Positions 13,588 through 26,700 of a stretch of 64,000 bases of DNA are shown piece after piece. Each line of letters begins with the position of its first letter. Positions within the stretch are counted from its first letter, which is position 1. The notes under the pieces were generated by a model. That model saw nothing but the letters and a program-made list of their open reading frames with translations. It made no database searches and was not told the DNA's origin. Made by a program: the position numbers and the translations under genes. This DNA is from Raillietiella orientalis. Its lineage: Eukaryota. The stretch is taken from contig JAYWIR010000031.1 of assembly GCA_036172245.1 (NCBI GenBank), forward strand, positions 682,001 through 746,000. Reading direction: 5' to 3'.

Positions 13588-13830
13588 TATTCTTCTTCAT
13601 CAAATCTCCTTACTAAAATTGCCACTTCTACGGATCTCACTGATGTCTCATTTCAACTTAAGTGCTGTTGGTCAGCCTTTCCCACTCGCTAGGAACTGCT
13701 CATGTGGTTGACGCAGTTCAGTGGATCCTGAAACGTTTCGTACAATTCACCTTCTATGAGGTTTTCGTACGCCAATCACAGTTTTGTTCCACATTTGTAC
13801 CGGTAATCAGCAGCTGGTACAAATGTGAAA
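13588..13830 (-). mobile_element. Mutator-like/Kolobok-type remnant, inverted relative to 12760-13220
   Basis: LAYENLIEGELYETF..LNCVNH; 13588-13742 is the reverse-complement homolog of ~12960-13140. Confidence 0.45.
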
Positions 13831-13849
13831 GAACAAAACTGCAATTTCG

Positions 13850-15525
13850 AATTCGTCGTTTCCTTGACTGGACTCCGGAATTGGAAGCTAACCTTTCGAG
13901 GTCCTTCCAGGAATCAAGGAGACGGTTCCCTTGAGGGTTCCCCTCCAGTGGCGAAAATAGAGTATTCACTCCCCTCGGAGAGAGACCCTCCATCGCGTAC
14001 CTTGGGGCTGCTTGACACTCTAATTGGAGGAAGAGAGAGTTTTGGCTCTCCCGAGTGTTTAGAAGTGCTCTGTTTTCTTAGGAGTTCTCTTCAGAAGAGC
14101 ACCAACCAAGGGCGGTTCCCTTGCAGGTTCCTCCCAGAGAATAAATTCCAGGAGAGGATTCCTTCCAAGTTCACTTCGGAGAAGGAATTCTGGGAAGGCA
14201 AACACGGCCACTTGGTGCTGGAGCGGATGGAAATCCAGCTACAATGGAAGACAACAGCCATCGCAGCGAAGTACTGGAGATTTTCCCTGTACGCCTGCAC
14301 GGGCGTCTTCCTGCACGCCTCCTCGTCAGCCGTGCATCCCTTACGGAAGAACTTGCGTCCCACCCTTTCTGCCCCAGTCGGGAGGTCAGAAGATGCAGTC
14401 TCTTCCTCGGACGCAAAGGCACCTTGGCGAAGAGCGGCTTGGTGGCCTGTTTCCTTGTCAACTCTAGAGTCCAGATAGAAGAAACAGCCGGCACATGGAC
14501 GAAGGTGAAGAAGCCGAGCTCCGAGGAATGGAACCGCCTGAGACTCGGCATCCACGCCCGCTGCTAGCTGAAGAAGATCCTCAAGAATCCAAGCATGAGC
14601 GCGTGGACGGAGCAGGCCCCTCTCGCGACAGCAATGCCCTTCCTGAAGAGGGAAGGAGCTTGGGAGCAGTCAAACCCTGAGGTGAAAGTCTCCTGAGAGA
14701 TCGCAGGTAGGGAAAGCTGAGACCCCGAGTGCCCTTCCACGAGAACTGCAGTGCTGGGGCGAGCTGCTAGACATTCCTCGCGGAGACCTGCGGTGGCCAC
14801 CCAATGCTCAAGAACAGCAGCGTCCTTTTCCCAATGTGGAAGGAATCGGCAGCACTTCTGCTGTTGCACTGGGGTCTTCCCTGAAACGCACGCCGACAAC
14901 ACCGGGTGTTGTTGAGAAGGGCAAGCCCGGACTGTCTCAGGTGCAGGAAACGGGAGTCCCTCACGCACCTGCTTGCGGACTGTGCTGCCCTATGGCTCCT
15001 ATGGGAACGTTTCGGAGCAATCCTCCGGATCCCGGTTGGCACCCTCAGGGACATCTTACGGCTCCCCTTTGTGCAGGATCCTCTGCAGCCAGCCGCAGCC
15101 TCAGCAGCGCTTTGCTGCATCCGCGGGATTGTGGCGGCTTGGAGCGAAGCCAACGAAGGAAGAAACGCGAGGGACGCCGTCCAGTTCGCAGTTCGCTTTC
15201 TGCGGATAGCAGCATCCAGATGGTCCCACTTGGGACTAAATTGGCAGATAAATATAGCACCTAGCTGGCATCCTAAAAACGATGCAGACTCCTTTCAGTA
15301 GAGAGTGGTCCCTTGTCGATCCGCCCAAGGATTTTTATTTCATTTAATTTTTTGTTTTTTTCCCATCCCCCTCCGCTGTCGGGGGGAGCCCCGTCGGTCT
15401 GCGGACCGGCGACCTGGTAGGTCCATGGACAAACAGAGTGTGGTAGAGCCACGTGTCTCGCCACAATTTATGAGTTTCTTTTCAATTTCAAGAAACGCTC
15501 CCGGCGTGTCCGGGTGGGAATCGGA
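13850..15525 (+). mobile_element. Internally deleted Tx1-like element (5' block fused to ORF2 C-terminus and tail)
   Basis: Family 5' block 13850-14200, then LLHWGLP...CLRCRKRESLTHLLADC, T-rich tail and terminal CCCGG-N5-CCGGG at 15500-15514. Confidence 0.75.
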
Positions 15526-16539
15526 GACAACCAGGACGAAGGTTTCCTACGGAAAACCTTCATCCTGGTTGTCTCACCAAGAGTAAGAGAAAAACAGGCC
15601 CCTTTCTTCGTAGCTTTCCTGGATTCATAGGGTAGTCCCTAAGGGGCTACCCACAATAACTTTACGAGTTATGTGCACCATCGGATGGGTGAAAATCATT
15701 AAAGAGCTTCGTGTGCTCCTCTTAAGAAGGCGAACGGTTTTCAAGGAACCAAAAAAGCAAAGCTGGAAGGAAAACCAAGAAGGCAGAAGAACCCAAGAGG
15801 ATTTTGAACAAAAGGATGGATTGTAAGTTTAGGTCGTAGGCAGCAGCTGAAGGCGTAGCCAGCAGCGGAAGGAAAAATACGCGATCGGCTGGCATGAAGA
15901 GGAAACGTGAGAAGCGGAACATCAAAAGGCACATGAGTCCGAGTGGAGCTTTGTGGACGGTTTGAACGCTCACATAACGGTCGCAGTTTCCCACGGGAGA
16001 AAGAAAACGGTGGTCCCGCACTGCGAAGGATCACGTCTTATCCCCGATGTGAAGGGAGAGGAAACAGAGGAGCTCAGACGAAACAGGTAGGGCTGAATGA
16101 AGGCACCCGGTGCATTGGTCCACAGAAGCGTCGCGGAACCTCTTTTTTTCTGCGACCCGGAAGTGCGGGAACGACCGGGTGCGCTGATCTACGAGGAAGG
16201 CGAGCAGCGAGAGCTTCTTCAAGGACTCCAGCCAAAGGAGCAGCTCTCAGAGGCTGCAGTGGCTTCCGCGAGATGGCTCTTCGAGCTCTCGCTGCGAGGA
16301 ACTCGGACTTGCCAGTCGACGTTCCGAGTTCCATCAAAGAGGAGACTCCGCGCACTTCCTGTAGGATAGGCGCAAGGGGAAACGCAAGATCAGCTAATTT
16401 ATCGGACGTGGTGGCGTCCAGTTAATTGAGCTGCAGATTCCCCCCGATATTGACTCATATTGGTCTCAGCTGGCGAATCCTCGATTCAGCCATGATTTTC
16501 GAAAATAAAAAAAAAAAAAAAGAAAAGAGCCTTTAAATA

Positions 16540-17060
16540 GGCGCATTTTGAAACCCTGCATCATCCTCATCATTGGTAAGCATTGAAGTCAATAGATTCG
16601 TAGAAACTTTGTTTTCATAGATCCGTGTAATGCTTACGTTTCGTTTCGATTGCTGTGCTGTTTCCAAGTTTTCCGCTTCCCTCATCCAACCCTCCAAGAC
16701 TCGTAAACGCTTGTAGTTTTTGCGTGTGGATTTCCGTTTCCGTGATTCGAAATGAAGCCACTCCGTTTCGAAATGGCTCACGGGCCACCACCCCGTGTTG
16801 CTTTACCACTTGCTACCACTTGTGTGGGCAGGCTTCGGAAGGGAGCAATCAATGGAACCAAAGCGTTTTCTCTGAGTGGAATGAAACGAACCGGGAAGCC
16901 TGCCACTTGGTATTCATCAGGAGGTCCTATGACTGCTCCTTTGGGTGAGGAAACATCATGCACTGTTGGGCCTTTTTCGGAGTTGCGCTGGAACTTGTAA
17001 TGGTGATTTCCTTTCAAGTTCTCCATTATTCTTTGCGGAAATATTACATAGATGGCGCAC
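16540..17060 (-). mobile_element. Mutator-like/Kolobok-type transposase remnant (C-terminus)
   Basis: PTVHDVSSPKG...EYQ and LIAPFRSL...GKAT motifs. Confidence 0.3.
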
Positions 17061-17747
17061 ATTCCAAACTGGTTTATTATTTTCTGTCGACTGTAGATGG
17101 CAGGAAAGCATTATGGAAGTATTTGGATCGTGCTTCCTGATGGAATTTCCTACATCAGGACGATGCTAGAAAAACGGGATTAAGAATGAACATTTCCGTG
17201 GATGATTTCTGGAGCAATTATGCTCGCACCACGTTATGTGGATCAGCATCTGCATCTAGCTCTACCGTGTTGGCTCTGGAAAATCAGATGGAAGCACACA
17301 AGCAGTTTGTAATAGCGACATCGATTAGATTAATTGGCTCAATTGCTCACATTAGGGACACGATTGGGTTCTTGGTATTATTTCCTTGATATTTTAATTG
17401 CAGACGCAACACTTCTCCGCAGATTCCCATTTATGTGATACAGAAGAACCACCCCAATAGAAAAGAACTGAGTTTTACGTGTATTCTTACAGCTTTAAGG
17501 ATTCGAAATATAAATTACCGTGACAAAGCACTTTAAATTATCAGGGAGCAAAAAATTTTAAATGCTGTTCATCTTCAGATGTCGAAATTGCACTCGTGCA
17601 TGATACTTAGAGAATTCTTTTACAAACTCATAGTCGAAAGGAAATTCTGAAAGAAGTATCTTAAACCAAACACTTCATCACTGGAATCATTTGCATCCTT
17701 TCAGCTTCACTGTGTGAACCATGCGATGATGGGCGCTTTGCAAATGA

Positions 17748-18420
17748 AGTAACCCTGAAGCGATAAAAATTTAGTTTGCTGGACTAGTCTTCACATGCAG
17801 CGGAAGACAGGTTTGAGAAATTAAACCCAAATTGGATAGGTTTTTTAACCAGAGGCAGCTAACAAGCTTTTTTAAAAGAGCAGCTTTGCAAATGACTGCA
17901 TCTGCAAATGCAGTCATCGTGATCGTTTCAACTATAACATCTCTTATCCTTCTGGAAGTCACACAGCTCCATCAGACACTGTTGCAAAGCAAAAAAGGCA
18001 CACCCCGAGAAAATGGTGTACAACAGAATCATCTCTAAGATAATGAACATGCGGTTTGTTGAAAAAAATAAAATAAAATAAAATAAAACAAAGAATAGCT
18101 ACAATGAGCCTCTTGATAGATCGTCCTCAGTTATTTTTTGTATTCCAACAAGCTATTTCAACATGATCTCCAAACATATTTGTGGGTTTTTTTTTATCAC
18201 TATTATTCCACTTGTGGCATTTTGCAATGCAAACCAACAAAATGGTTACACACTTTGGATACGAAGCATTTAAATCTAATAATCCTTTTCTAAAAGGGTC
18301 TGTTAGTTGCCTTTGATTAAAAACCTACCCAAATTGGGTTTGATTTCTCAAACTTGGCTTCCCCTGCATGTGGGGACTGACTACTCCTGCAAACTAAGTT
18401 TTTATTGCTTCAGGGTTACT
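17748..18420. mobile_element. MITE-like element with ~135-bp inverted arms
   Basis: 17748-17880 and 18285-18420 are reverse complements (agtaaccctgaag...cttcagggttact) around a non-coding spacer; no TSD resolved. Confidence 0.7.
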
Positions 18421-18499
18421 CATCTCAGTTTCAGCGACCGTTCTGAAGATGCGGATGTTGCGAGTAAAAAAAGACACAATAATAAATAATACAGCAGTA

Positions 18500-19300
18500 A
18501 TATACAGAAACCACGGAAAACTTCTTGCAGATCGCAAACAGATGCCAAAAGCAAACCAGATGAACTCTTCGTATAAAGACTTCACAGAAACCTCTTTGAC
18601 AGATAATCAGATTGACTCTTGAAACCAATTGATCTTCACAAGAATTAACTCCTGATTTCCTCTTGCTATGTAGAAGTGCAAAGTCTCCTTCAAGGCAATG
18701 CTTTGTAAGAAGGAGGGTAATTTTTCCATTTACCAATGAGCAATGCAATAAATCATATCAGCGTAATTCGGTTTTGCTGAAAACTTTCCATGTTTTCCGT
18801 CTTGTGTCGTAATAAATACCCTGATGGTGATAAATATGCTGATGCAGTTGTGCTGCTTGATTTTAAAGCGATGGAGGTCCAGAAATTTTGCCTTCCGTTG
18901 CCCCACGGGTGACAGGCGCCAAAACACATCTCCTTAAATGAATTACATAAAGTCATTGGAGTTTGAGCTGCATCCTTGATCCTGCATGAAGATGAAGTTT
19001 TCATCATCTTTAAGATACGTTGAAAAGCACTCTGGAATCAAAACGAAGGCAGCCAAGCATTTCCTTAGCGATCCCGACCAAATCACCAAGAAGAGTCAGC
19101 AAACAAATGGAAGAAACGTGATTTTTCAACCAACACCACCATTCTGGAGGTCCTCGTTTGCCGGAATTGGGTATGCAAAGAACATTGGCATTACCAAAGA
19201 CTTCTAGTTGTGTAACAGACCTGAGTGGAAGATCTGACGACTAACGTTCCTTCCCTGATGACAAAAAGTTGAGGATAGTGGTGCAGTTTATGAAAGTCAG
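18500..19300 (-). mobile_element. Mutator-like/Kolobok-type transposase remnant
   Basis: LLTKHCLEG...VNLIICQR (LLxxCLxG TQN NES..LIW) with weaker upstream motifs. Confidence 0.3.
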
Positions 19301-21149
19301 ATCATATCCGGAAGTGGGATTTTGAGAATTCCTCAGACGCGACTTCCTTGATGCCTCTCAAAGATGCGCAAATAATAGGGTGCAATTTCAGAATGTATCT
19401 TTTTGTTTTTTGTTTTTTTTAGATTATCCATGATAAAGGGTAGATGTGCAAGCTGTGTTTATTGTGAGAAATTGCTAAGTACTCCATTCGGTTCCAGCAA
19501 GAAGGATCAACTGCACTGAAGTAATTGCATAGTAGGTGGATGTTCTGGACATTCTGAGAAACATGCAAGTAAGAATCTCGCTTCATCGAAAATAAATCCC
19601 TAATTTTCTTTCATGTGGATGACCTCTTTCGATCTGTCTGGTTTTATATGGGAGGGGGGGGGGGGAAGAAAACACCTGGAAAATGCGAGGTCCGTATTTC
19701 CTGAAAGAAAAAAGTGGATGCGGAAGATGTCGTTTTCCTCAGAGAAAATAAAAATCAGAACCCAAATGCATCAGTTGGCTACCATTTGTATGCCTTCCCT
19801 TGTCGGACGAGGAGCGCTGAATGTTTTGCATTTTCTTGAACACGTAAGCACAAGAAGAAATGCATCAGCTGCTGGAAAATTCGCGTTCCAGCTCCAACGC
19901 ACTCTGATTTTCAATTCCATAGCTCATTTCTTTCGATAGAAACTTAATTGCTGATATCAACGCCGTTGATACGGATATGATTCTGCTTTAATATAGGAAA
20001 GAAAAAAATTCCGCGGGAAATACCATTCCTAATAGAACGAAAAACGCTCTGTTCGGAGAGAAACTAGCAGAGGATAAAAAAACCATGGCCGTCCAAGAAG
20101 GTTCCTTCGAAAAATGCAAATGAAGCTTTAAAGGTAGGAATACCACAAGCGCAGCGAATGGAAAAGAAAGTCCTCTAGTTGAACGTGGCTCAATACTAGC
20201 ATTCAGGGAAATGAGAACCGGAAAGCAGATGTAAATTTTATAAGCACATTTCATAATGATAAAGCTGTTCGAACCTTTTCGAAATTATCTCTATACATCG
20301 GCGTTTTCCATTAGTTTTGCGAGTTAGCAAATGTAGCTCAAGAAGATCATACATTTAGAACACATCGAGGCTGATTGTTTATGAAAGGCGAAAATTGAGC
20401 GGTTTTATTTATTGAGCCCCAACACAGAGGCAGTAAAGTCCAGGAGGGAAGCCAATTCTCATTTCATAGCTGTTTTGCTTCAGGGCAGTTAACACTGAAA
20501 AGAGCGGAAGGGTCAAGTGAGGTACTTTGCAGGAGGGAATGCCATCGAACCTTTCCGATTTATTCATCACGTTTGCTAATATACCGTACCGTACCATCCC
20601 TGACAACTACCACTTCTCTATAGGAAGCGGGCATGTATGAACGATTGCTGGGAACTCGAGCTCTACGGTTTCTTGGCACAAGCACCAGGGAAGGGATTTC
20701 CTATCAGTTCTGAAGACCTCATCCTCCAAGAAAAAAAGGGAAAAAAAAATTCAACTTTCCGGGAATCGAACGATTGTCACTTCATGAGAAAACTCCGAGT
20801 AGGGCTGTGAGATCTCTCAAGCCATCACCTATTCTGGTCTCTTTTTCAGCTTTTTTCTTGGCACGTTCCGTCTTTTTCTGATTCCAGGCCGACGGAAGTT
20901 TTGTTGTCATTGCTGCCTAATGATGGGAAGAGAGGAAAGCCTTGGCTTTTATTCTCCATGTGAATGAATCTCACATTGAACAGGCATACTGATGCTCCCG
21001 CCAAATGATGTGGATACTAGTGATTAGCAATATTTTTATTCAAAAAGAATTCCAAGTTAATAAAAGTAGCTATGGCTTAACTGCCGTTCTTGTCCTTTTA
21101 CTTAATTAAATACTTCAAACGCAAGTCAGGTGCAGAAGGGGAGGAAGAC

Positions 21150-21700
21150 GTATTGAAATCCGTATTCTTTGAAAGTTGACAGAGCTAATGAAATCGAACT
21201 TCTTGAGTTCAGGATGTCTGTAGAAAATCCAAGTTTGGTTTCAGAAGCTCTTAACAGCTGCTATGTTGAGCCTCGTACGTATAATTTGTGGTAGTACGTC
21301 ATCTCCAAAGAACCCTTATTAGTTTTCAAGATCTATTGCAGTCGTCATAGGTGGCAAGGAGGCAATTTAAGAGTGGTCGTCAGCTCTGATGGCGAAAATC
21401 CACCTGCAAGAAGCACAAATCCAAGAGGTCAACATACCCGAAGATAAGAAATTACCTTAAACTTGAACAAACCTCCGACGGTCTTCGATGGACGGCTCTT
21501 AAGCAGTGAAGAATAAACACCTATCTGTTGTCATCATAATTTTTCCAAAGTGAAATAAATCCAGATGAGAGTTTCGGATTGCAGCTCGCCGCTGGGTAAT
21601 GTTATCCAATGTGATCATAAGGAGACTTGGAATTGAAGCGACCTCGTGTTTATCGAAAGCCTTCTCCGTTATTGTATCGTTGGTTAACATAATCAATTAA
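21150..21700 (-). mobile_element. Mutator-like/Kolobok-type transposase remnant
   Basis: LDNITQRRAAIRNS and ISLALSTFKEYG (AVxxFNxG). Confidence 0.3.
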
Positions 21701-21879
21701 TTGCATGCTATCTTTATAAAGTTGCGAATATGCGAGTCGCACAGATAGAAAGTTTTCAGCAAAAGAATACAAGTAAAGAGGATCCTGAATGAGCGACAGT
21801 TAACTTCCTTGATTTTTGAATATTCTCTTTTTTTTCTGCTAGGCCACCTGATGATTGGGTTGCACAAAAAAAACGAAAT

Positions 21880-22420
21880 ATCCCACTTTCAGACGAAAGA
21901 TGCAGATTCCGATGAAGCAGCTTTTTTGCAAAAATGCTTTTCGAAATATCGCCCCTGGGAGTTTGCTGAAAAAAATTCTGTTTCCCAAGCTTTTCCGTAC
22001 AAGAGGAATCATTCAACTGGCTAACGAATGAAGTCGAAGACTACAGGAGGCAGGGAGTGTCGGGAGACATGATGTTTCGAGGGAAGCTCCAGAAGGAAAG
22101 ATGAACAAAACCGTACGCCATGGATGTACGAAAAACAAAGCAGCGGCAAAGAGATCCTGAACTATTTGAAGTTCAGTTCCAGCTCAAGAGCTCTGTAGCA
22201 GCGACACGCTGCAGAGCTCCACAAGGAACTACGAGGGAGTTGAAAAGTTCACTTTCCCAAGAAGCGATAAGTCATGCAGACAATCTATGCAGAACTGGGC
22301 GTAACTCAGGAAACCATGAGAAGAAGAGCGCTTGGTATAGATGGTGATGTAGAAACAATACAGATATGGTAAACCAAACCGAAACAAAGGTGTATTGAAA
22401 GTCTCCTTCAGTTCCACTGA
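21880..22420 (+). mobile_element. Mutator-like/Kolobok-type fragments
   Basis: SDEAAFLQKCF...NSV..FPYK, then CRTGRNSGNHE and GIDGD; order suggests two pieces. Confidence 0.3.
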
Positions 22421-23399
22421 ACAAGATGTTTTTTTTTTAGAAGAACAGGAGATTCCAGAGGTGTAGAGATTAATCAATATATCGACCAAATTAGAGGACA
22501 TATGTTTTGTAAAATAGTGTCAAAGCGTCATCTGGGAAGCTTTCTCAAGACATGGAACAGAGAGGGGGTCTCCAAGAATGATTGATGACGCCGAAAGGAT
22601 GGAAACTTAAGGCAGGTAGCAACGTGTTGCCATGCCTGTCTCCCTGACACCCACACGACTTATTAAGAGCAGTCATAACAGCTCTATGGTCAGTACATAT
22701 TATACTCTCACTAATGAATAGTTAAAGTAGATTTAAAAAATGCATTACAAACAGTGCTGATTGTAATCAATGCTGCTTACGATAATGTTAGTGATCCAAG
22801 CGATCAGCTCATCTCTTGTGCCCAGGTTCAAGACACACAGAAGAGGCTGACTTGAGGATGAATGACTGTGGCTAAGAGGCCAACAGTGAGGTTGACGCTT
22901 GATGCGGTCGGAAGAGGACGCGGAGGCGTAGATTCCTTGCCGAAAGCGGAGATTCGTTCTAATTAATTCCTTTCGAGACTCCTAAAGCTTGCAGATGTGT
23001 GACTGAAGAGAAGTCAATAATTTGGACCTACCGAACAACTGAGGGAGCACTTGCGCATGACAGATATTAAGCATAAGTGCACCGGCTTGCGAAAGAGTTT
23101 GCAAAAACAAGTCATTTCTCTATCAATCAAAAAAAGAAAATACACGCTTTTCAATTTTACTTCTGCTTTCTGTCCAGTATTTCTCGGGTTGAGACTCCTC
23201 CTCTGGAAAAAAAACTGGAACTGTGACATTGTGAGCTTACAGCAACTACACTACTGATACGGAACTAGAAAAATATTTTCTAATTACAAAAAGGAGATTT
23301 TTAAAGATGGACAGATAGTAGAGATTTGCAGAAAACTCTCCTGAGATGAGGGAAGAAAGACCTCGTTCGTCCTAAGAAAATGAGAAAACTGTTTTTAGA

Positions 23400-23780
23400 A
23401 GCTGAGGAAAATCAGTGGGCTCATTCCACATCTCGAATCAGTTCCATGGATCCGAGCTTCCCTGCTCGCTCTCACGAGACCATCGAACTCAACTGGAGCT
23501 GCTATGTTTCGGCTTTTCACGTTCTCCGGCGAATTCCTGGTCCTTCTTCGCTTGCATCCTTCCCGTGTTCTCCGTCGTGCACATGAGGGACCACCCTCAT
23601 GACCACATTCTTTGATCGTCCTTGCGCCGAATCCCATCTAAGCAAAGAGCTAACCGGCTTTCAGATTGCCTGCGAAGATGAGAGGAATAGGTGAGGCACG
23701 GAATACTATTTCTGTATAGACTGCCAATTGCCATGTTCGTCTCACCAACCCCACTTCGGCCACGAGAATGGAAACGATTT
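23400..23780 (-). mobile_element. Mutator-like/Kolobok-type transposase remnant (N-terminal part)
   Basis: GVGETNM...NIAAPVEFDG...RIHG (DIxVSFDGxWxxRG). Confidence 0.3.
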
Positions 23781-26700
23781 TGTGATCTCTGTAACTTTCC
23801 TCATCGTTTAAGCTTATTGTTTCTCTTTTTCAGCCAGAAGCTGTCATTGCGATGCAAGATTTCTTGGCTTCTGGTCCTTTGCCGGAGTTTCTTTTTGACT
23901 GCACGAATTTCATGCTCGGCTACACATCAAACGTGCCTTCCTTTGAGTGCCTTTTCACCTCCTCTAGTGACTCCCAAAACGACCCTTTTCAGTCTGAATA
24001 TTCAGCACAAAAACGTAAGTGATGGTGGTAATTGGCTCTTCTAATTCGTTCCAGCCAGCCAGTTCGATTAAATTTGAGTCCTCATGTAGCAATGGGGATT
24101 CGAATTTGGGTGCACTGGTACACCATGCACTCTCGGATCAACGACGTACTTGGTTGCCACGCTGTCACGTGATTGCTAGTAGTCAGTACGTCAGCGAAAC
24201 GAGGCTCAAGCGTACCTTGTCAGCCGATAGAATAAATAGAGTAGAAAATGACAAAGAATCGAACACTGCGAAGACTGAAAGCAGTGAGAACGTTTATCAT
24301 TGGATAGTGCAAGCAGATTCAATAAGGGTATTATAGAATTGGACATTTATGAGGGAGCCAGCGAGAAAGGTTTGCTTGAGAACCCAAGTGCCATCTAAAT
24401 ACGACAGCTAGATTTCAAATCCAATTCATCATTTTTTTTTTTTTTTTATGTTAGGGTGCAGTTGTGTGAGTTTTATGGGAAAGTCACGGGAAAAGATGCA
24501 TCGATGAAGCAAAGCTAGGAATGATTTTTATGATGACTTCTATATCGCATTTTGGGCAGCGTTTCCAGAGTGATGCGTGCGAATGGGAAGGTTGGAATCA
24601 AAGAGGCTGTAAACCTCGAATTGCCTCGAATTTTTTGTTTTTTGAAAAAAGCTTGCCTCGTCAAAGCTTGTCAAAGCTTCCCCAAAAAGACTTTCGAATT
24701 TCAGTGGAAAGCCTTTGTAGTTGCAGCAGTCAAAAGAGTCGGCTGCTTTCCCATGTTTATCTTTGAATCCTCTCCTACATCCTTTCGTCTGTTTGCCAAA
24801 AAATGCTGCTGATGTACAAGGGGAAAAAATGCAGCACCCTCCTATAAGAAGACCCACCCTGCTTCTGCGTGTGACTCGTTCAGTCACAAGAAGAACAAGG
24901 CGGTACCAAAATCAATCACTAGTTATCAATGATTGAAGATTATGCAGAAGATACTTCTGTCAGTTTAGCTCAAGTGATTTGTCGTGCAATGGATGGGTTC
25001 TGCGTTTCCCACCGTCTCTAAAAGCAGTTGTCATCCGATGAAAGAACAAGAAATATTGCAACCCTTAGGAACTCCTTTTAAAAAATCTACTTCATCATTA
25101 ATTTGCACTTTCATGTATTAATGTTAGAATTTCGTTGTAGGCGCCCATCTGAGGTTTCTGTTCCTTATCGCTTTCATGATTTGGAAGGATAATGCCTTTA
25201 GTTTTATCTGGTTTGACTAAAAGCGATTTCAGTTAATCGATCGCTTAATATTGAACGCTGAGGAACTTTTTTTGGTCGTCTCCTGGCAGTTATTTTATTG
25301 CTTTATTTTTTTCTTCTGACAGCCTTTAAGTTTCAAGTTTCGAAAGGACCTCCACCTAAGACGATTCGAAACCAAAGGCAAGGAATTTCCGCATTCCAAC
25401 CCTTGCCAGATGAAACGACGCATGCCCTTGCAGGACGATCCTCCGAAGGGATTGCATCTCCTCCCACTGTTCCACGCGCTCTTCAGCATCAAAGATTCGT
25501 ATTTGTGACCGTCCCGCGGTTCCAAATCACTTACCAAAGTCTCTCGGCCTATTGAGCCTCTTCCGCTGAGAATTCAAAATTAAACAGAATTGCACCTCTG
25601 CGGTCCAGCACGCTTTCAAAGAGGCGAGCAGTTTTAGCGGCGGCATGAAGAGCGTAGATTTATTTTTCTTTCTGGCATCGGCGTTGGGTAGCAACATATG
25701 GTGTGCATCCCGCGCTTGAATCCATGCTGTTGCTGGACGAATTCGTTGGTTCTTGATTCAGGGCTCATCAAATATCTATAAAGTTGCTTTTCAAATTTTC
25801 ATTCGCTGCAGAGGGAAGCAGGAACTCCACAAAGCATGTCATCAATTACTATCTCCTTAATCGCTAATCTCGAACCCTGCACCTCTACAAGCTGCAAAAT
25901 ATTTATAAGACTCAGCAGTCCATCATTCCATTCGAAATTCCTGCCATTAATACTTGGCACAGAGGAACACTTCATTTGAAGGGAGATTCAAGATAAACTT
26001 CTGTTGTCTGTCTTCGAGTCTAATGATCAGTTAAGAGTGATACACTCGCCTCCATATCGATCACTGCTCCATGCCCTTTTTCGAATCAGGAAAATTGTTT
26101 GAATCCCTTCCATGGCGTTCTTCTATTCGCTCATTTTCATGAAATTAGAGGACCTCAAAGAATGGTAGCAGTTCCATTTTGCTCTCAGCGGAATCATTTC
26201 ATATGCGCATGCCATTATTCTGTTTACCATGAGATGGTTAATTATATTTTCCCAAGAAGCGGAGGTTCCCCAAACGAGCTGTTCACATGTTAATCCGGGT
26301 TCGTATTATGAAACGGGAAAGATGGAAGAAGCAAAGTGGGGTATCTCTCCCTTCCTCCGGTTTTCGCACGTTTTCGTCCAAAGACTAGGCAAGAAAGAAT
26401 GGCGTTCGGAACCGAAATGCCTTCGGCGCAGCTTCCAGCTGAAATTATGCGTTGCGGTACGCTAGAGCCACGGTCTCGTGATCTTTCGCTGCTTCCATTG
26501 GTGACTTCAGGAACCCCGACTGGGTAGAAAGAAAGAAAAAAAAGAGATGAAACGATCCGATGAAAGAAAGATTTGATGTTTCACACAATCACCTTGCAGT
26601 GTTCCGGTAAATTAATACGGGAGCGGGACAAAAGAGCGGGAGCGATCAGCTTCTCAGTATCTTCTCACTATCTCGCAGCTTGATGCGGGCGAATGATCTG

